From the NCBI RefSeq assembly GCF_009914755.1, contig NC_060937.1: 64,000 bases of DNA. One strand, written 5' to 3'. The first letter of the stretch is position 1, and each line of letters starts with the position of its first letter. Source of the DNA: the human T2T-CHM13v2.0 reference genome, Homo sapiens. The translations under genes and the position numbers were made by a program. The notes beneath the pieces were generated by a model. It was given only the letters and a program-made list of their open reading frames with translations. It was not told the origin of the DNA and did no database searches. Positions 1 to 13,585 of the stretch are shown here, one piece after another.

Positions 1-106
1 GGCATACGTTAGTATGCATTTTTGTCAAAACTAAGATAAGCATTGTGTAGGAAATTGTGTTTCTTCCAGGAAAGGCTAATAACTTGACCTATATGCTCTG
101 TACCTG

Positions 107-530
107 CCTTAGTTCTTATTGCTGTGTAATAAATTACTTCCAACAAATCAACTAAAAACAACAAATATTTGCTATCCTCTGCATTTTCTCAGGGTCAGAA
201 CTCTGGAATGGTTTTGCTGAGTGGTCTATGTCAGAGTCTCTCCTGAGTTTGCTATAGAGATTTCAGCAGGAATTACTTGTGAAGCCTTGACTATATGAGA
301 GGATTCTCTTCCAAACTCACTTGCATGGCTTTTGGCAGTAGGCTTCAGTTCCTCACCACATAGGCTTTTCTTGCAGGCAGCTTAAGATTTTGATTCTCTG
401 AGAAAAAGAGAGACAGGCAGGGAGGGAGGAAGAGAGAGAGAGAGACAGAAAGAGAAAGAGAGAAAGAGAAACTCAAACAGAAATTTTTACCTTTTAAAGC
501 CTAATAGCTAATTTAGAAGAGATATATCAT
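107..530 (-). mobile_element. Old MaLR (MLT1-type) LTR fragment
   Basis: 'ttagttcttattgctgtgtaataaattac...ctcagggtcagaactctggaatgg...ccaaactcacttgcatggct' resembles the reverse complement of MLT1 LTR 3' ends (recalled consensus). Highly diverged. Confidence 0.5.
401..470. repeat. GA-rich low-complexity / (GA)n microsatellite
   Basis: Purine tract containing gagagagagagagaga, read directly. Confidence 0.85.
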
Positions 531-879
531 CTCTTCTCCATATTCTATTTGTTTTTCAGACTATGCCTGGTAAAATATATGAGTGTGACTATCAGAAGGC
601 AGTTATCCTTGGAAACCGTCTTGGAAGCTGCCTACCACAATCTCTTGTATTGCTACTTTGGTTGTTCCTTCTCTTTTCTGCAAAATCTCTGTGTTTCTTT
701 GTTATTTATAATTTCCATGAACATGCACAAAAATGCTTTTTTATATTGTTAATTTGAGGATCAAACAAATTTTAGCATCAAATGTCACTCAATAGTAAAC
801 ATTGTTTCTCTACTACTTGTCATAGCCAAACTTCTATAATTATTTACCATGACAAATTAGTTGTTATCACATATTTTTG

Positions 880-1577
880 CCAAGTTCACTTGGCTTTCCT
901 TGTTCATACCTCATTCCTTATTCAGTTCACTCTAACCAGACTTCCATTTGCATGACTCTACTAAAGCATGGATTTTGCAAGGATTATTAGAATTTTTATG
1001 AGGCCAAATCCAATAGATTAAAAAAAAAAGTTCTCATTTTACTATATGCTTAGCAGCATTTGGGGTGATACATCACTTTTCTCTTCTTTAAACATTCTCT
1101 TCTCTTGCCTGTCCTTGTTTTCTTTTCCTAGTCTATAATTACTACTTCTTCTCTCACTTGTGGCCTCTAACTCACATCTGCACACTTAATATTATGGAGT
1201 TTTTCATAGTTTGGTTCTTATTCAGGCTTCCTACCCTTTTTCTTTACAGTCTCCTCCTCATTCACTTATATATTTTTAATTATTATGCAGATTCTAGGCA
1301 TGTAATACAAGAATATACATCTATTACCTTGACCTAATTCTCAGATATGTACTCTAAGTATACAAGTTTCTTCCTGACAATCCTATAAGAATAGGTCAGT
1401 AATAGTAAATATTTTGTTATCAATATTATCTCTTATTAACATGTTGTTCTGTCAGACTTCCTCACATCATCAAGTTGTAGTAGTTTTCATCCAGTGGCCC
1501 AAGCCAGGCATTTCATTGTTATATAAGGCAATCTGTCACCAAGTCCTCACAACCCTGTAACCAAAATATATCTAAAC
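880..1577 (+). mobile_element. L2 LINE fragment, interrupted by THE1
   Basis: 'ggccaaatccaatag...ctcattttacta...cttagcagcatttgg...catcacttttctcttctttaaacattctcttctcttg' matches the recalled L2 RT-region motif gccaaatccaatgg...cagcagcatttgacac. Confidence 0.65.
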
Positions 1578-1582
1578 TACCT

Positions 1583-1943
1583 GGATTGGGCTTGACTGTG
1601 TCCCCACCCAAATCTCATCTTGGGTTACAGCTCCTATAATTGCCACGTGTTGTGGGAGGGACACAGTGGGAGATAACTGAGTCATGGGGGTGTTTTCCCC
1701 CATACTGTCCTCATGGTAATGAATAAATCTCACAAGATCTGATGGTTTTATAAGAGGAAACCCCTTTGGCTTGGTTCTCATTTCCCTCTTTGCTTACCAC
1801 CTATAAGACATACTGTTCACCTTCTGTCATGATTGTGAGGCCCCTCTAGCCATGTGGAACTGTGAGTCCATTAAACCTTTTTCTTTATAGATTACCTAGT
1901 CTCAGGTATATTTTTATCAGCAGTGTGAAAACAGACTAATACA
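1583..1943 (+). repeat. THE1 5' LTR (THE1B/C-like)
   Basis: 'ctgtgtccccacccaaatctcatct...catgtggaactgtgagtccattaaacc...cagactaataca'. Confidence 0.9.
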
Positions 1944-3571
1944 GTAAAATGGTACTGGTAGAATGGGGTGCTGCTGTAAACATACCCAAAAATGTGGAAG
2001 CCACTTTGGAACTGGGTAACAGGCAGAGTTTGGAACAGTTTGGAGGGCTGGGAAGAAGATGGAAAAATGTCAGAAAGCTTGGAACTTCCTAGAGACCTGG
2101 AGGGCTCAGAAGACAGAAAGATGTGAGAAAGTTTGGAATGTCTTAGAGACTCGTTGAATGGTTTTGACCAAAATGCTGTTAATAATATGGACAATGAAAT
2201 CCAGGGAGAGGTGGTCTCAGATGGAGATGAGGGACTTGTTGATAACTGGAGTAAAAGTGACTCTTGCTGTGTTTTAGCAAAGAGACTGGTAGCATTTTGC
2301 CCTGGCGCTAGAGATTTGTGGAACTTTAAACTTGAGGGAGATGATTTAGGGTATCTGGCAGAAGAAATTTCAAAACAGCAAAGCATTCAAGAAGAGACTT
2401 GGGTGCCATTAAGAACATTCAGTTTTAAAAGGGTAACAGAGCATAAAAGTTCAAAAAATTTGCAGCCTGACAATGTGATAGAAAACATAAACCCATTTTC
2501 TGAGGAGAAATTCAAGCCGACTGCAGAAATTTGCATAAGTAACGAGGCGCCAAATGTTACTCACCAAGATGGGGAAAATGTCTCCAGGGCATGTCACATA
2601 CCTTTGTGGCTGCCCCTCCCATCACAGGCCTGGAGGCCTGGGAGGAAAAAATGGTTTCAAGGGCTGGCCCAGGGTCCCCCTGCTGTGTGCAGCCTAAGGA
2701 CTTGGTGTCCTGTATCCCAGCCACTCTAGCCATGATTAAAAGAGGCCAAAGTACATCTCTGGCTATGGCTTCAGTGGGTGCAAGTTTCAAGTCTTGGTAG
2801 CTTCCACATGGTGTTGATCCTGAGGGTGCACAGAAGTCAAGAATTGGGGTTTGGGAACCTCTGCCTATATTTCACAGGATGTATGGAAATGCCTGGATGC
2901 CCAGGCAGAAGTTTGCTGCAGGGGCCGGGCCCTCATGGAGAACCCCTACTAGGGCAGTGTGGAAGGGAAATGTTGGGTTGAAGCCCCCACAAGAGTCCCC
3001 ACTGTGGCACTGCCTAGTGGAGCTGTGAGAAAAGGGCCACCATCCTCCAGACCCCAGAATGCTAGATCTACCACCAGCTTGCACTGTGTGCCTGGAAAAG
3101 CTGCAGACACTTAATGCCAGCCCATGAAAGCAGCCAGGAGGGAGGCTGTACACTGCAAAGCCACAGGGGTGGAGCTGCCCAAGACCATGAGAACCCACCT
3201 CTTGCCTCAGCATGACCTGGATGTGAGACATGGAGTCAAAGAATATCATTTGGGAGCATTAAGATTTGACTGCCTCACTGGATTTTGGACTTGCATGGGG
3301 CCTATAACCACTTTGTTTTGGCTAATGTCTCCCACTTGAAATGGCTGTATATACCCAATGCCTGTACCCCCATTGTATCTAGGAAGTGACTAACTTGTTT
3401 TTGATTTTACAGTCTCATAGGCAGCAGGGACTTGCCTCATCTTAGATGAGACTTTGGACTGTGGACTTTTGAGTTAATGCTGAAATGAGTAAGACTTTGG
3501 GAGACTGTTGGGAAGACAGGACTAGTTTTGAAATGTGAGGACATGAGATTTTGGAGGGGTCAGGGATGGAA

Positions 3572-3937
3572 TGATATGATTTGGCTGTGTCCCCACTCAA
3601 ATCTCATCTTGAGTTGTAGCTCCCATAATTCCCATGTATTGTGGTAGGGACCTGGTAGGAGATCATTCAATCATGGGGGCAGTTTCTCTCATACTATTCT
3701 CATGGTAGTGAATAAGTCTCACAAGACCTGATGATTTTATAAGGGGAAATCCCTTTTGCTTGGTTCTCATTTCTCTCTTTGTCTGCTGCCATGTAAAATG
3801 TGCCTTTTGCCTTCTGCCATAATTGTGAGGTCTCCCCAGACACATGGAACTATGAGTCTATTAAATCTTTTTTTTCTTTATAAATTGCCCAAGATTAGGT
3901 ATGTTTTTAGCAGCAGCATGAAAACTAGACTAATACA
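3572..3937 (+). repeat. THE1 3' LTR
   Basis: Starts 'tgatatgatttggctgtgtcccc', ends 'gactaataca'. Direct repeat of the 5' LTR. Confidence 0.92.
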
Positions 3938-3942
3938 TACCT

Positions 3943-4310
3943 TCACCTATTTTAATTTTCAGTGACAATTCTCAGTTCAGATAACTACCACAACAGTACT
4001 ACATTTTGTGTTTTCTCATTTTTTTGTGGAGCAACCAAAATAACTTTAATAAAAGAAAAATATATCATGTTGTTCTCAGCTTAAAATCTTCAGTGTCTTC
4101 CCTTTGGACATAGACAAAAGTTGCTATGTTATTCTCTACCAAGACTAAAAAGTTCATGCATTATCTGGCCTCTTTCTACTGCTTAGGGTAATCTATTTCT
4201 ACTCCCCTCTTGGCTCATTATAATTTAATCACAATTCTCTTATCTATCTCAGTTTCTCAAACAAATCAAGCCCTTTTTTTATAGGCTTCAAACAGTTTGT
4301 TTAAATCTAC
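3943..4310 (+). mobile_element. L2 continuation after THE1
   Basis: 'cagcttaaaatcttcagtgtcttccc...catgcattatctggcctct' is typical downstream L2 sequence, colinear with 880-1577. Confidence 0.55.
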
Positions 4311-4513
4311 ATAAAAAGCTCAGTGTTTAGGATAAGAGAAAGATAATCAGTAAAAGCATAAATGGTAAGCAGTAAGATAATTAAAATCATACTATGTGCT
4401 TGCTAAATAATCCAATTTTCTATGAAATAAGTGTTAAAATTCCCAGTCTGCTTGGAAGTGGAGGGGTGGGGAGTTTTTCTTGCATGGTTCAAATAATCAA
4501 AAATCTCTTGATT

Positions 4514-4848
<335 letters not shown>

Positions 4849-6149
4849 TAGTGTGCTCAAAAGAACAGAAATGTATTTTTCAGATATGTGGATATATGGG
4901 TAGCTCAAATGCTGGAGGTTAAGAGGAACAGTTGGCATGAATTAAGGACTGGAATAAGAAACTAGTAAGCTGGTAGAGAGCAAAGGATATACATTCTGAG
5001 TCTATCTTTCTAGAGCCTTATGTTCTCTTTCTTCATTTGTGTTTATGTCTAGATCATTCTCTTAATCTATTATTTGACTTTATATCTCTTTATTTTCATA
5101 TATTGAAAGACAGCTGCTTCACATTGTACAAGTCCTCAGAGCCCATCAATCAATGATTTAGTTGATTTCTGATTCCCATTTCCAAATTTGAAGGATGAAG
5201 TACTGAGAGTCCCAGTATAGATTAACTTTATACTTCTGCTCCGATCACCAATGGACTGGTAGACAGAATGATATAAAAAGCCAACGCAGAGCCAATTTAT
5301 CCCTCCCAGGAGATTCTTGTAAAAGGGGTATAATGTGTTGGTCAGAAATACCAAAAAACACTATTACAAACCTCTTCAAATATGGTTCAGATATAAGTTT
5401 TAGCATTATATACCACCTATTCTTCCCAATGCTTCAGTCATATAATAAAGTTTCTACTGATAAAGACCACTGATTGGTAAACGATACACTTGGATTTTGT
5501 ATTTAATATACTCTCAATGTCCAACTACTTGAGAAAGCCTGAACTTTAAATAAAAGTGTATTACAAAAGGCTAATATGCAGAGCATATCCATACTAATAA
5601 AAGGCCTACTCTAGCATCTATAAATATTTTTTCTGTATTTGTCTGCTGGTTCCATATTAGGTTCTCAAGATACCCTACCTCAGATTTTCCCTGTGGTTAT
5701 TGTTCTTGCCAGGGATCTTATACCTGATAAATCCCTACTCTGCTTCTACCTTACGAAATACTTTGGAAGATTTTCTCATGTTCTCTAAATGTATCCCCTG
5801 ACTTAGGATCTTCTTGTGTCTTTATTGACAGTTCACATACTTGCCTAACTATATGATAAAGATAAGAACCTCAACATACTCTTTACAAGGCAGATATGCA
5901 TACATTCTACTCTGTGGTTTAATTCGTCCTGATATTTCTGCTTGAACTTTTCTCCCCTTTTTAATGCCTATCAAAATCCTTTTTCAAAACTCAAATTAAA
6001 ATTTACTACCTCAGAAACATCTTTTGAAAATTTAATAATAAAATATAGTGGCTAGCTTTTTGTAATTTCATAATTTTTGATTGGACTTACATCAAAGGTT
6101 TTCTTCACAGATGGTCTGGAGTTTTGGATAAACGTTTACCTGTCTTGTC

Positions 6150-6275
6150 TCCTCTGCATGACTATTTCCTTGAGAATAGAAAATGTTTTGCTTTTCTGGT
6201 AGCGAATGACCTCACATAATACAGAAACTGGCATAAAGCAGGCACTTAGCCAGGATTTGGTGAGTGAATGAGTTG
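6150..6275 (+). mobile_element. L2 3' end fragment
   Basis: 'cttgagaatagaaaatg...ctggcataaagcaggcactta...gtgaatgag' resembles the L2 terminus. Confidence 0.45.
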
Positions 6276-6559
6276 CTTCAGTTCTCTTTTCACTACTTTA
6301 ATATAAATCATAAAATAAATGAGATGCATTATGAGACTGCACCCATTCAGACTTGAAAATATAGTAACAAAGAAGCTTATTAACATGAGCAGTCCATTTG
6401 ACACGTTGAAAAATTAGAATATTCTTAAAGAAAACCCTTCATCTTTATTTTCTTTTAAGTAAAGTTCTGCATGCTAAAAATCATAGCTTATTTTATTGAC
6501 TAGATGCTTTGGAAAAAGCAGCTAAGTAATAAATTTGTAAATACCAAGAAATCATAGCT

Positions 6560-6860
6560 TACAAAGAGTTAAAAATCATCATGGCTTTGGGAGAAGAAGT
6601 TGTGAATAAATTCTAAATTCCATTAATTATAGGTCTTGGGGTATAGGAAGAAGTACTAAATGTAATATATTTAGACTTTAATACAGCTTTCATTTCTGTG
6701 TGATATATGTATTCTGAAACTGAAAAATTTGGCTTTATAATTATAATGTTAAGATGGAAGATTTCATTTACATATAGTCATTCTTGATTCAATTATGGAT
6801 TAAAAGAGTAGTCCCTAGTAACTATCTAATGATCTGCAAGCTAATGACTGAAGTACTAGG
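6560..6860 (+). mobile_element. CR1/L3 LINE RT fragment
   Basis: 6653-6700 translates to VLNVIYLDFNTAFISV, similar to the CR1 RT motif VDVIYLDFSKAFD. Confidence 0.45.
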
Positions 6861-6999
6861 TTAATATTGTCTAAGTATTTCTGAATCTCTTCCTAAAAAT
6901 TCTAAGGGGTGGCAAGGAAAGTGTTAGTGAGAAAAATAATAATAGTAAGAATATGTTTAAAAACTATCATTTTTAAAAACAGAATATGTGGCCAATAAG

Positions 7000-7200
7000 C
7001 TGGCATCTTCTCATTAATCTTTCAGAGTGACTGTGAAAGTCTGGTATTCCTACCTCCATTTTTACAGAAAAAAAAATAGCTGAAATTCTAAAAGTAAAGT
7101 GAATTACCAAAGATTATACCCATAGTATATGACAAAGCTGAGATTCAGTTTTGGATTTCTGTCTGATTCAGAAATCAATAATTTTAGTCATTATGCTTCT
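7000..7200 (-). mobile_element. MIR SINE
   Basis: Core 'ctccatttttacaga...gctgaaattc...aagtgaattaccaaagattatac...agctgagattc...gtctgattcaga'. Confidence 0.7.
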
Positions 7201-8209
7201 ACTATCTTTTTAAACACAATAAAATCAAACAAGAAAGTTGTTTTTTATTCTTTGCAACATAAACTGACATTTATTTGTGCATAAATTGCTCATAACTCTG
7301 AATACTTGTCAAAGCTATTGTTTTATTTATACTAATTTGTTTGAGGTTTTTTTAGGAATAAAAGAAAAGAAGATGACAGAGCAGCCACTTTTATTTTGCT
7401 TGAATCTCTCTCAAATACTTCCCCAAATAAGACCAAATGGGATATTTGTTTTTGTGTTTTTCAAAAAATCATGGAATGGAAGATACTTGTGGTAGTTTTG
7501 TATTATATCAATTTAGCTAAGTTTAAATTATACTTCACAAAGTGTCCTTCCCTGCAGAATTAAGAGGAGGTCTAAATCATGTTTTGTTTGAAATTTAAGA
7601 CAGAGGTGAAGCAGCGGATTTCTTCTTCTACTTACCAGGTTTGAGCCAACCATGAGACGCTGTTGTCTTTCATGCTTCTGTGGCTTATCTGCTATCTTGC
7701 TTTGTTGGATGAGGAGGAAGCTGGACTTGCAACAACTCCAACCGTTATATCTCTTAGACAAGGTGTACCTTTAGTTCCCTGGGGAAGGCAGCTGGACTAT
7801 CAAGTATTACCTAGGCTGAGTGCTTCAAAGTAATGACAGAATGACAAGAATGACATTCATCCTCAAAAAACGATCAATCTGTCCTTCTTTTACTTCATTC
7901 ATGTACATCATTTCTTCCTAACCACCAGTTCTGCTTCAGGTTGCCACACACACAGAAGTAATGATTATAGATTGTTTAACCAGTTTCCACAATTGTCTAA
8001 ATCAAATCTGTACACCAAATTTCTTATTATATATAACTTCTTGTGGTTCCACTTGTCTGATAAAATCATAACTGATGCAACATCCTAAACAAAATTTGAT
8101 GATAAGAAATCTCCACAAATTCTATGAAATTAGTAATAGTAAACCCACAAACTTTTGTGGCACTGGCACAAGATAAGCAGATATATGCCCTCAGTAGGCA
8201 ATGTAAAAT

Positions 8210-8444
8210 TATTTTTTACAATAGAATTCCAGCTAATACATGTGGAAGAAATAGAATAGGAAAATTAAAGTTTTGCAACTCCTAATGAAATAATTGATTC
8301 AGGGAAAGATTATTAATTGGTGAAAACATTAAATGAACTATTAAGGAGGAAGTTGTGATGGTAGAAGTAGGAGCTGGCTGTCATCACCTCAACCTGAAGA
8401 TTATTCTTATTACCGAGAGAGGAAAAACCAGACATATATTCCTC
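8210..8444 (+). mobile_element. Old L1M (L1MC/ME) 3' UTR fragment
   Basis: 'aatagaattccagctaatacatgtggaagaaa...ttgattcagggaaagattattaat...ctggctgtcatcacctcaacc' resembles recalled L1MC/ME 3' ends. Confidence 0.5.
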
Positions 8445-8545
8445 TGTTATTCCATTCAGGCAGCTATTACAAATACTTTATACTGGGTAATTTATAAATA
8501 ATAGAAATTTATTGCTCAGTTCTGGAGGCCAGAAAGTCCAAGATA
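8445..8545 (-). mobile_element. MST/MLT1A LTR fragment
   Basis: 'ctgggtaatttataaataatagaaatttattgctcagttctggaggccagaaagtccaagat'. Confidence 0.6.
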
Positions 8546-8611
8546 TATGTGTATATTATATAAAATACATATTCATAATGTGCATATGTTATGTATACAT
8601 ATAATTTTTCC

Positions 8612-8702
8612 CTTTAATTTTTTTTTAATTTTTTTAACTTTATTTTAAATTCACGGGTACAACTGCACATTTGTTACATAGGTAAACTTGTGTCATGGGG
8701 GT
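8612..8702 (-). mobile_element. Short L1PA/PB 3' tip
   Basis: Poly-T followed by 'aactttattttaaattcacgggtacaactgcacatttgttacataggtaaacttgtgtcatggggg'. Confidence 0.65.
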
Positions 8703-9420
8703 ATTAATAATATATATTATATAGCCTACACATATATGCATTTTATGTATGTAAATTACATTTATATAATATTCTATGTAGGTATACATAATACTACCCA
8801 ATTAAATATACAAATAATGTCCTCATGTCTGCAGTACATTGAGATATTTTAGCGGTAAGCTTTAGCTCCTCTAATGACTGATTGAAGGGTTAAACTTGCA
8901 AAGATGCTACCGTTCATTGAAGGAAGGAATATTGTACTTTTTCCTTTCTTTTTGCTATTTTTAGTGTGGTGATATCTGTGACTACTCTTCTATAATATTT
9001 TTCTAGATACACAGTTCTACAAGATGTATTGATACAACATAACTACCTATTATTAAAATAAGTTATGAGAAACAGAAACAAGACATGAGTTGTTGTACAC
9101 ATCTATGTGACTGATTCAGTGTTGCAAGCTTGTGTCATGACCATGACATGTGGAGAGATTCTCAGAGAGTGGAAGAGAAATGAATCAAGCCAAGGGTTTT
9201 CAAAACATTGTTGAAAATGCTGTTAGAAAAAAAAATCTATATAGCAAATATATAAGTCTATGCCCTATGCTATTTAAAACCTGCCAACAGATATTTTATT
9301 ACAGATACTTTATTACAGATGTTTTATTGATCTGATAGAATAAATAAAAAATAATGTTTTATATTTTAATCTATAATTGCTTGATGATGATATGTTATAT
9401 GTCAGATTAATGTATCTGTT

Positions 9421-10765
9421 TGTGGTAGCTTATAAAATACTCTCCAATGAATGCTGCCTACTGCTATTCACACCTTGATATAGTCCCCTCCTGATGTGAT
9501 GTGAAGGGAATACACTATTTGCTACACTATCCATTCACTTCTAATGAATAGAATTTTATAAAAGAGATGGAAATCACTTCTGAGATCAGGTTTCTATTGG
9601 ACTGTGCTTTCTGACTTGGGTGTTCTCTTTTGCTCTCATGCTTGCTTTCTCTGAATGAGCTTCCTGTTCAGTAGGGTATATAACCTACTGCCCCCCTGAC
9701 TGTATCTGGCCCATGCCACAGGCCTGATCATGCTATCCAACTTATCCAGAAAAATCTGCTTGGACATCAGATACTACCTAAGACTCAGCTTTGACACTAA
9801 TTGAATTGAAGGGAACAAGTCACCCCTGGGAAAGCTGGTTAACTGGAACAACCTGAAACCCCAGAACCGGATATACGACAAAATTATTGAACATTTTTGG
9901 CATATTTGCATATGACAAAACTGGCTAGCTGTTCTCATAATATGTTTCCCTTTTCTTTTGGGAATACACCTCTTGCTAGACTCTTATTTTCTAGCCTTCT
10001 CCTTAGTTGGGTATGGTCTTGTTGCTACATGGCTAAATTCTGATTTTTGATTGATTGTTATCCTTTCTTTTTTTCAGAGGATCCAGATGGCCACAGATTT
10101 TTGACACTCCTCCTATTGAGAGGTTAGAGAGTTTAGAACTAATTTCCTTTTTTTTTTCTTTTTTTTGTCTGGGCGCTAAGCTGAGTGACATGCTTGACCA
10201 ATAATATGTGGTAGGAGTTACAATTTGGAACTATAGAGTCTAGATTATAGAAATGTTGCAGATGTTGCATTTCCTACTATAATTTCCTTACATACTTACT
10301 CTGGGAGAGTGGTTTATATAAGGAATTTGACTATCTTGGGATGGCGATTATATGAGCAAACATACATTACCCATATAGCGAGGTCATGTGGGGAGAAATA
10401 TAGCCAATCAGTATCTATTTTTTTCAGTAATCTCAATCCACATGCATTAATAAAGATGTCTTCATATGATCCCAGCTGTGACTACCAGAAATGTAATGAA
10501 AATAATAAATCGTTCTAAGTCACTTCAAGTTAAGGCTATTTGTTTCATAGTGTTAGGAGACTGGAACAATGAAGGGCTAGTTAAGGGGAAGGCAAAGTTA
10601 CAAGCTGAAATGGGACTAGTCCCTTAAGTGACAACATCAAAAGTTGCCAAACCAAGAACACTGCCATTTCACTGGATGAGTGAGAAAGAAACTTTAGTTG
10701 TAAAAAACCAATGAAAATTCAAATATAATATGTTTCTGCAGTCAGCATTTTACCTTAATCAACAT
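9421..10765 (+). mobile_element. Cluster of nested or adjacent MLT1 LTR fragments (MLT1F/G/H/J-like)
   Basis: An MLT1F-like start 'tgtggtagc...ctgctattcacaccttg'. An MLT1G/H-like copy at ~10075-10568 ending 'gactggaaca'. A further LTR 3' end near 10690-10765. Internal boundaries are uncertain. Confidence 0.55.
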
Positions 10766-11302
10766 ATTCCTTAGAATTGAATCTTTAATTTTTGGGCAGA
10801 TTATTCTGGCAGAAAAATCATATCTAAAAAGTCTCTTTTGGCTTTAAGTAGTTCCAATTTTCATAATTTTCTTCACTATAGTTAATATATAAACGTCTCT
10901 CAAGTCTTTGTTTAATTTGTCCAAAGCCAAAAATTTGAACAAAAAGACAAACCACCGTTTACAAGTGATGGCCTTTCAATTATTTAAAATAAATAAATAA
11001 ACCTCCCTGGGGCATTTACTTCCTGGTGCAATGCCCCTAAATCTGCAGGTTTCTTTATCCTTTGCAATTTTAAATGTAAATTATCTGAATGTATTTCAAT
11101 GTGACTTTATGATGTCCAGAAATATTTAAAAGAAGAAAAAGCAATGAATACTTACTCCATGGTTTTATACATATACAGTAGAGGAATTACTGCTTCCCCT
11201 ACCCACACCATTCTAAATAAATTGATATTTCCTATAATTTTACTTAGAGTTTTTGTTGTTTTATCCATGATTCATGTGTGCTTCTTCTACAAAAAAGCAT
11301 AA

Positions 11303-11640
<338 letters not shown>

Positions 11641-13556
11641 AACATTTTTCTTCAATTCTTAATTGTACCAGTTAGATATTTATTTTCAAGTGAAAGTCTT
11701 TTCTTTTTTAAAAAAGATATTTTTAGGATGCAATTCATTATCATAAAGCCTTCTTGACTAATAATATTCTTATTCAATCAGTTCAACCCTAATCACTTTC
11801 TATTATACCCTAAAACAGGCATTTTCCAAGATCATCATCCAATTTATTATCATACCACTGAATAAGATCAGACTAAGGACATGAGATCTGTCACTTGAGA
11901 CATCAATTTAGTTTGATAAAGCTAAACATACAGAAACACTACTTGAGTAAAATTCCTCAAAAATTAAGAATGCAAAAACATTACTATTATTAAAATGCAA
12001 GTTGAAATATGAATTGACAAAAATAAATACCTGACTTTCAAAATGAACCAGAATTATTACAATTTTTATTAGAAAATTGTTTCCTCTTTGTAACATAATC
12101 TTAATTTTCTATCATGGATTCCAGTTTGAAAGACAAAACAATTCCCCTCAAGACTGCAGTACTTAAATTATTTAAATTAACTTTAAATTGTGCTTTACTT
12201 TACAAGCCCAGAATCACAGCCACAACCTTACTGGAAAGCTTATAAAATTTTGAAATGCTCCAGTAATTTTAAATCTTGTAGGAGCCTGGTATCTTCCAAA
12301 TTAAAGTGCTAATAAAAAAATTAGCACTGAAATTTAAATCTCCATGAGCAATACAAAATGATTTAAAATTATTGAAGCCTTTCAATTTTTTATGAGTTTT
12401 CTATGTGGAAGTGAATCAAGCAGATTCTTTAGGACCAAACTAGTCACTTAAAAACACTCAAACAATATCGTCAGAACTGAAAATTTTCCTAGAGGAAATA
12501 CCTGCACTGCTTGTCAAACAGGACATGAAGGAAAACAATCAATAGCACACTTTTAAAAATATCATTTATGTGAGCCTCCTCAGAGTCCAATTGCTCTTAT
12601 CCACCTGATTATCTGAAATTCCTCTGATGTCAGGCTCTGTACTTCAGATAAGGATCGGGGGCAAGGACAAAGAGTTTCTGGGAAATATACAGACACTGAG
12701 GACATGGAAATTGCTAAATCTTCTTTGTCTATCTGCCCTGAGTCTGAGACCCACTCAACATACATTAAGAGCCTTGAACACATCTTACACTGAACGTATT
12801 TTCTAATAAGGGAAATGACTCTCTTCTCTCTGTTAAAGGAAATGGGCATCCTACTGTATGAGTGCATTCTTATTTACAAGGCTAGTATATGCTGGTTTCA
12901 GCTATAGAAATTGTTACTTTGAGATGGTCTATTTTCCTCCTCTTACTAGATCAGAGGGTACAGCATCTCTTTTCCTGAAGTTATGAAACTTGCCAAAACC
13001 ATCTCCTACAGATAGGGATGCACGTGCTCTGTTTTCCCATGTAGAGCAAAAAGACAAGCAGAGAGAGAAAATAAAAGTCTTGTGTCCATTATTACTATGC
13101 TTAAATATAAATTTACATTCCCCGTAAAAATCCCTTTCCTTTTCTTTAGTTCCTTAATGTCTCATCCTCTAGAAGTAACAAGGGATAGCTTTGAAAACTT
13201 CAGCATTGAGACTTCTCATAATTATCCTCCCTACAATTTAAAAAAAAAACACTTTTTAAATATTAGAAATGCCCAGGACATACTAAACCTGTGTTTGATT
13301 TGATAGGTTTCCATTGTAAAAGCCTATTGTTTATTTAAAAAGTCTTTGTTTTCTAAATACATAATTTCTTTAAAAAGAAGGAATATATGCTCAAGGTTCT
13401 ATCCTCTAGGAAAGAATAATTTGTCATGTTTATTGTAGTATGTGAAATTTTAATGTTCAATGTTCAAAAATAAAACTTACTTAAGGAAGAGGTAAAAATA
13501 CTGTACTTTCCAGAGATTCCCCTTAACTAGCAAACCATTCAAGTCAGAGGTTTGTG

Positions 13557-13585
13557 GTGTGTGTGTGTGTGTGTGTGTGTGTGTG
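13557..13585. repeat. (GT)n microsatellite
   Basis: About 14 uninterrupted GT units. Confidence 0.95.

Larger units (their letters stand above)
1583..3937 (+). mobile_element. Full-length THE1 (ERVL-MaLR) element: LTR-int-LTR
   Basis: Two ~360-bp direct LTRs (1583-1943, 3572-3937) ending in 'gactaataca'. ~1.6 kb THE1-int between them. Purine-rich tract before the 3' LTR. 5-bp TSD TACCT at 1578-1582 and 3938-3942. Confidence 0.95.

Noticed and set aside
2133-2729. 198-aa ORF and overlapping ORFs of 125-164 aa
   Set aside because: All lie within the THE1 element and are MaLR remnants or antisense ORFs, not host genes.
5100-5350. Possible very old MLT1 LTR fragment
   Set aside because: Resemblance too weak to annotate without an HMM search.
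12305-12328. 9-bp inverted repeat agtgctaat / attagcact
   Set aside because: Short and AT-rich, plausibly chance in 64 kb.
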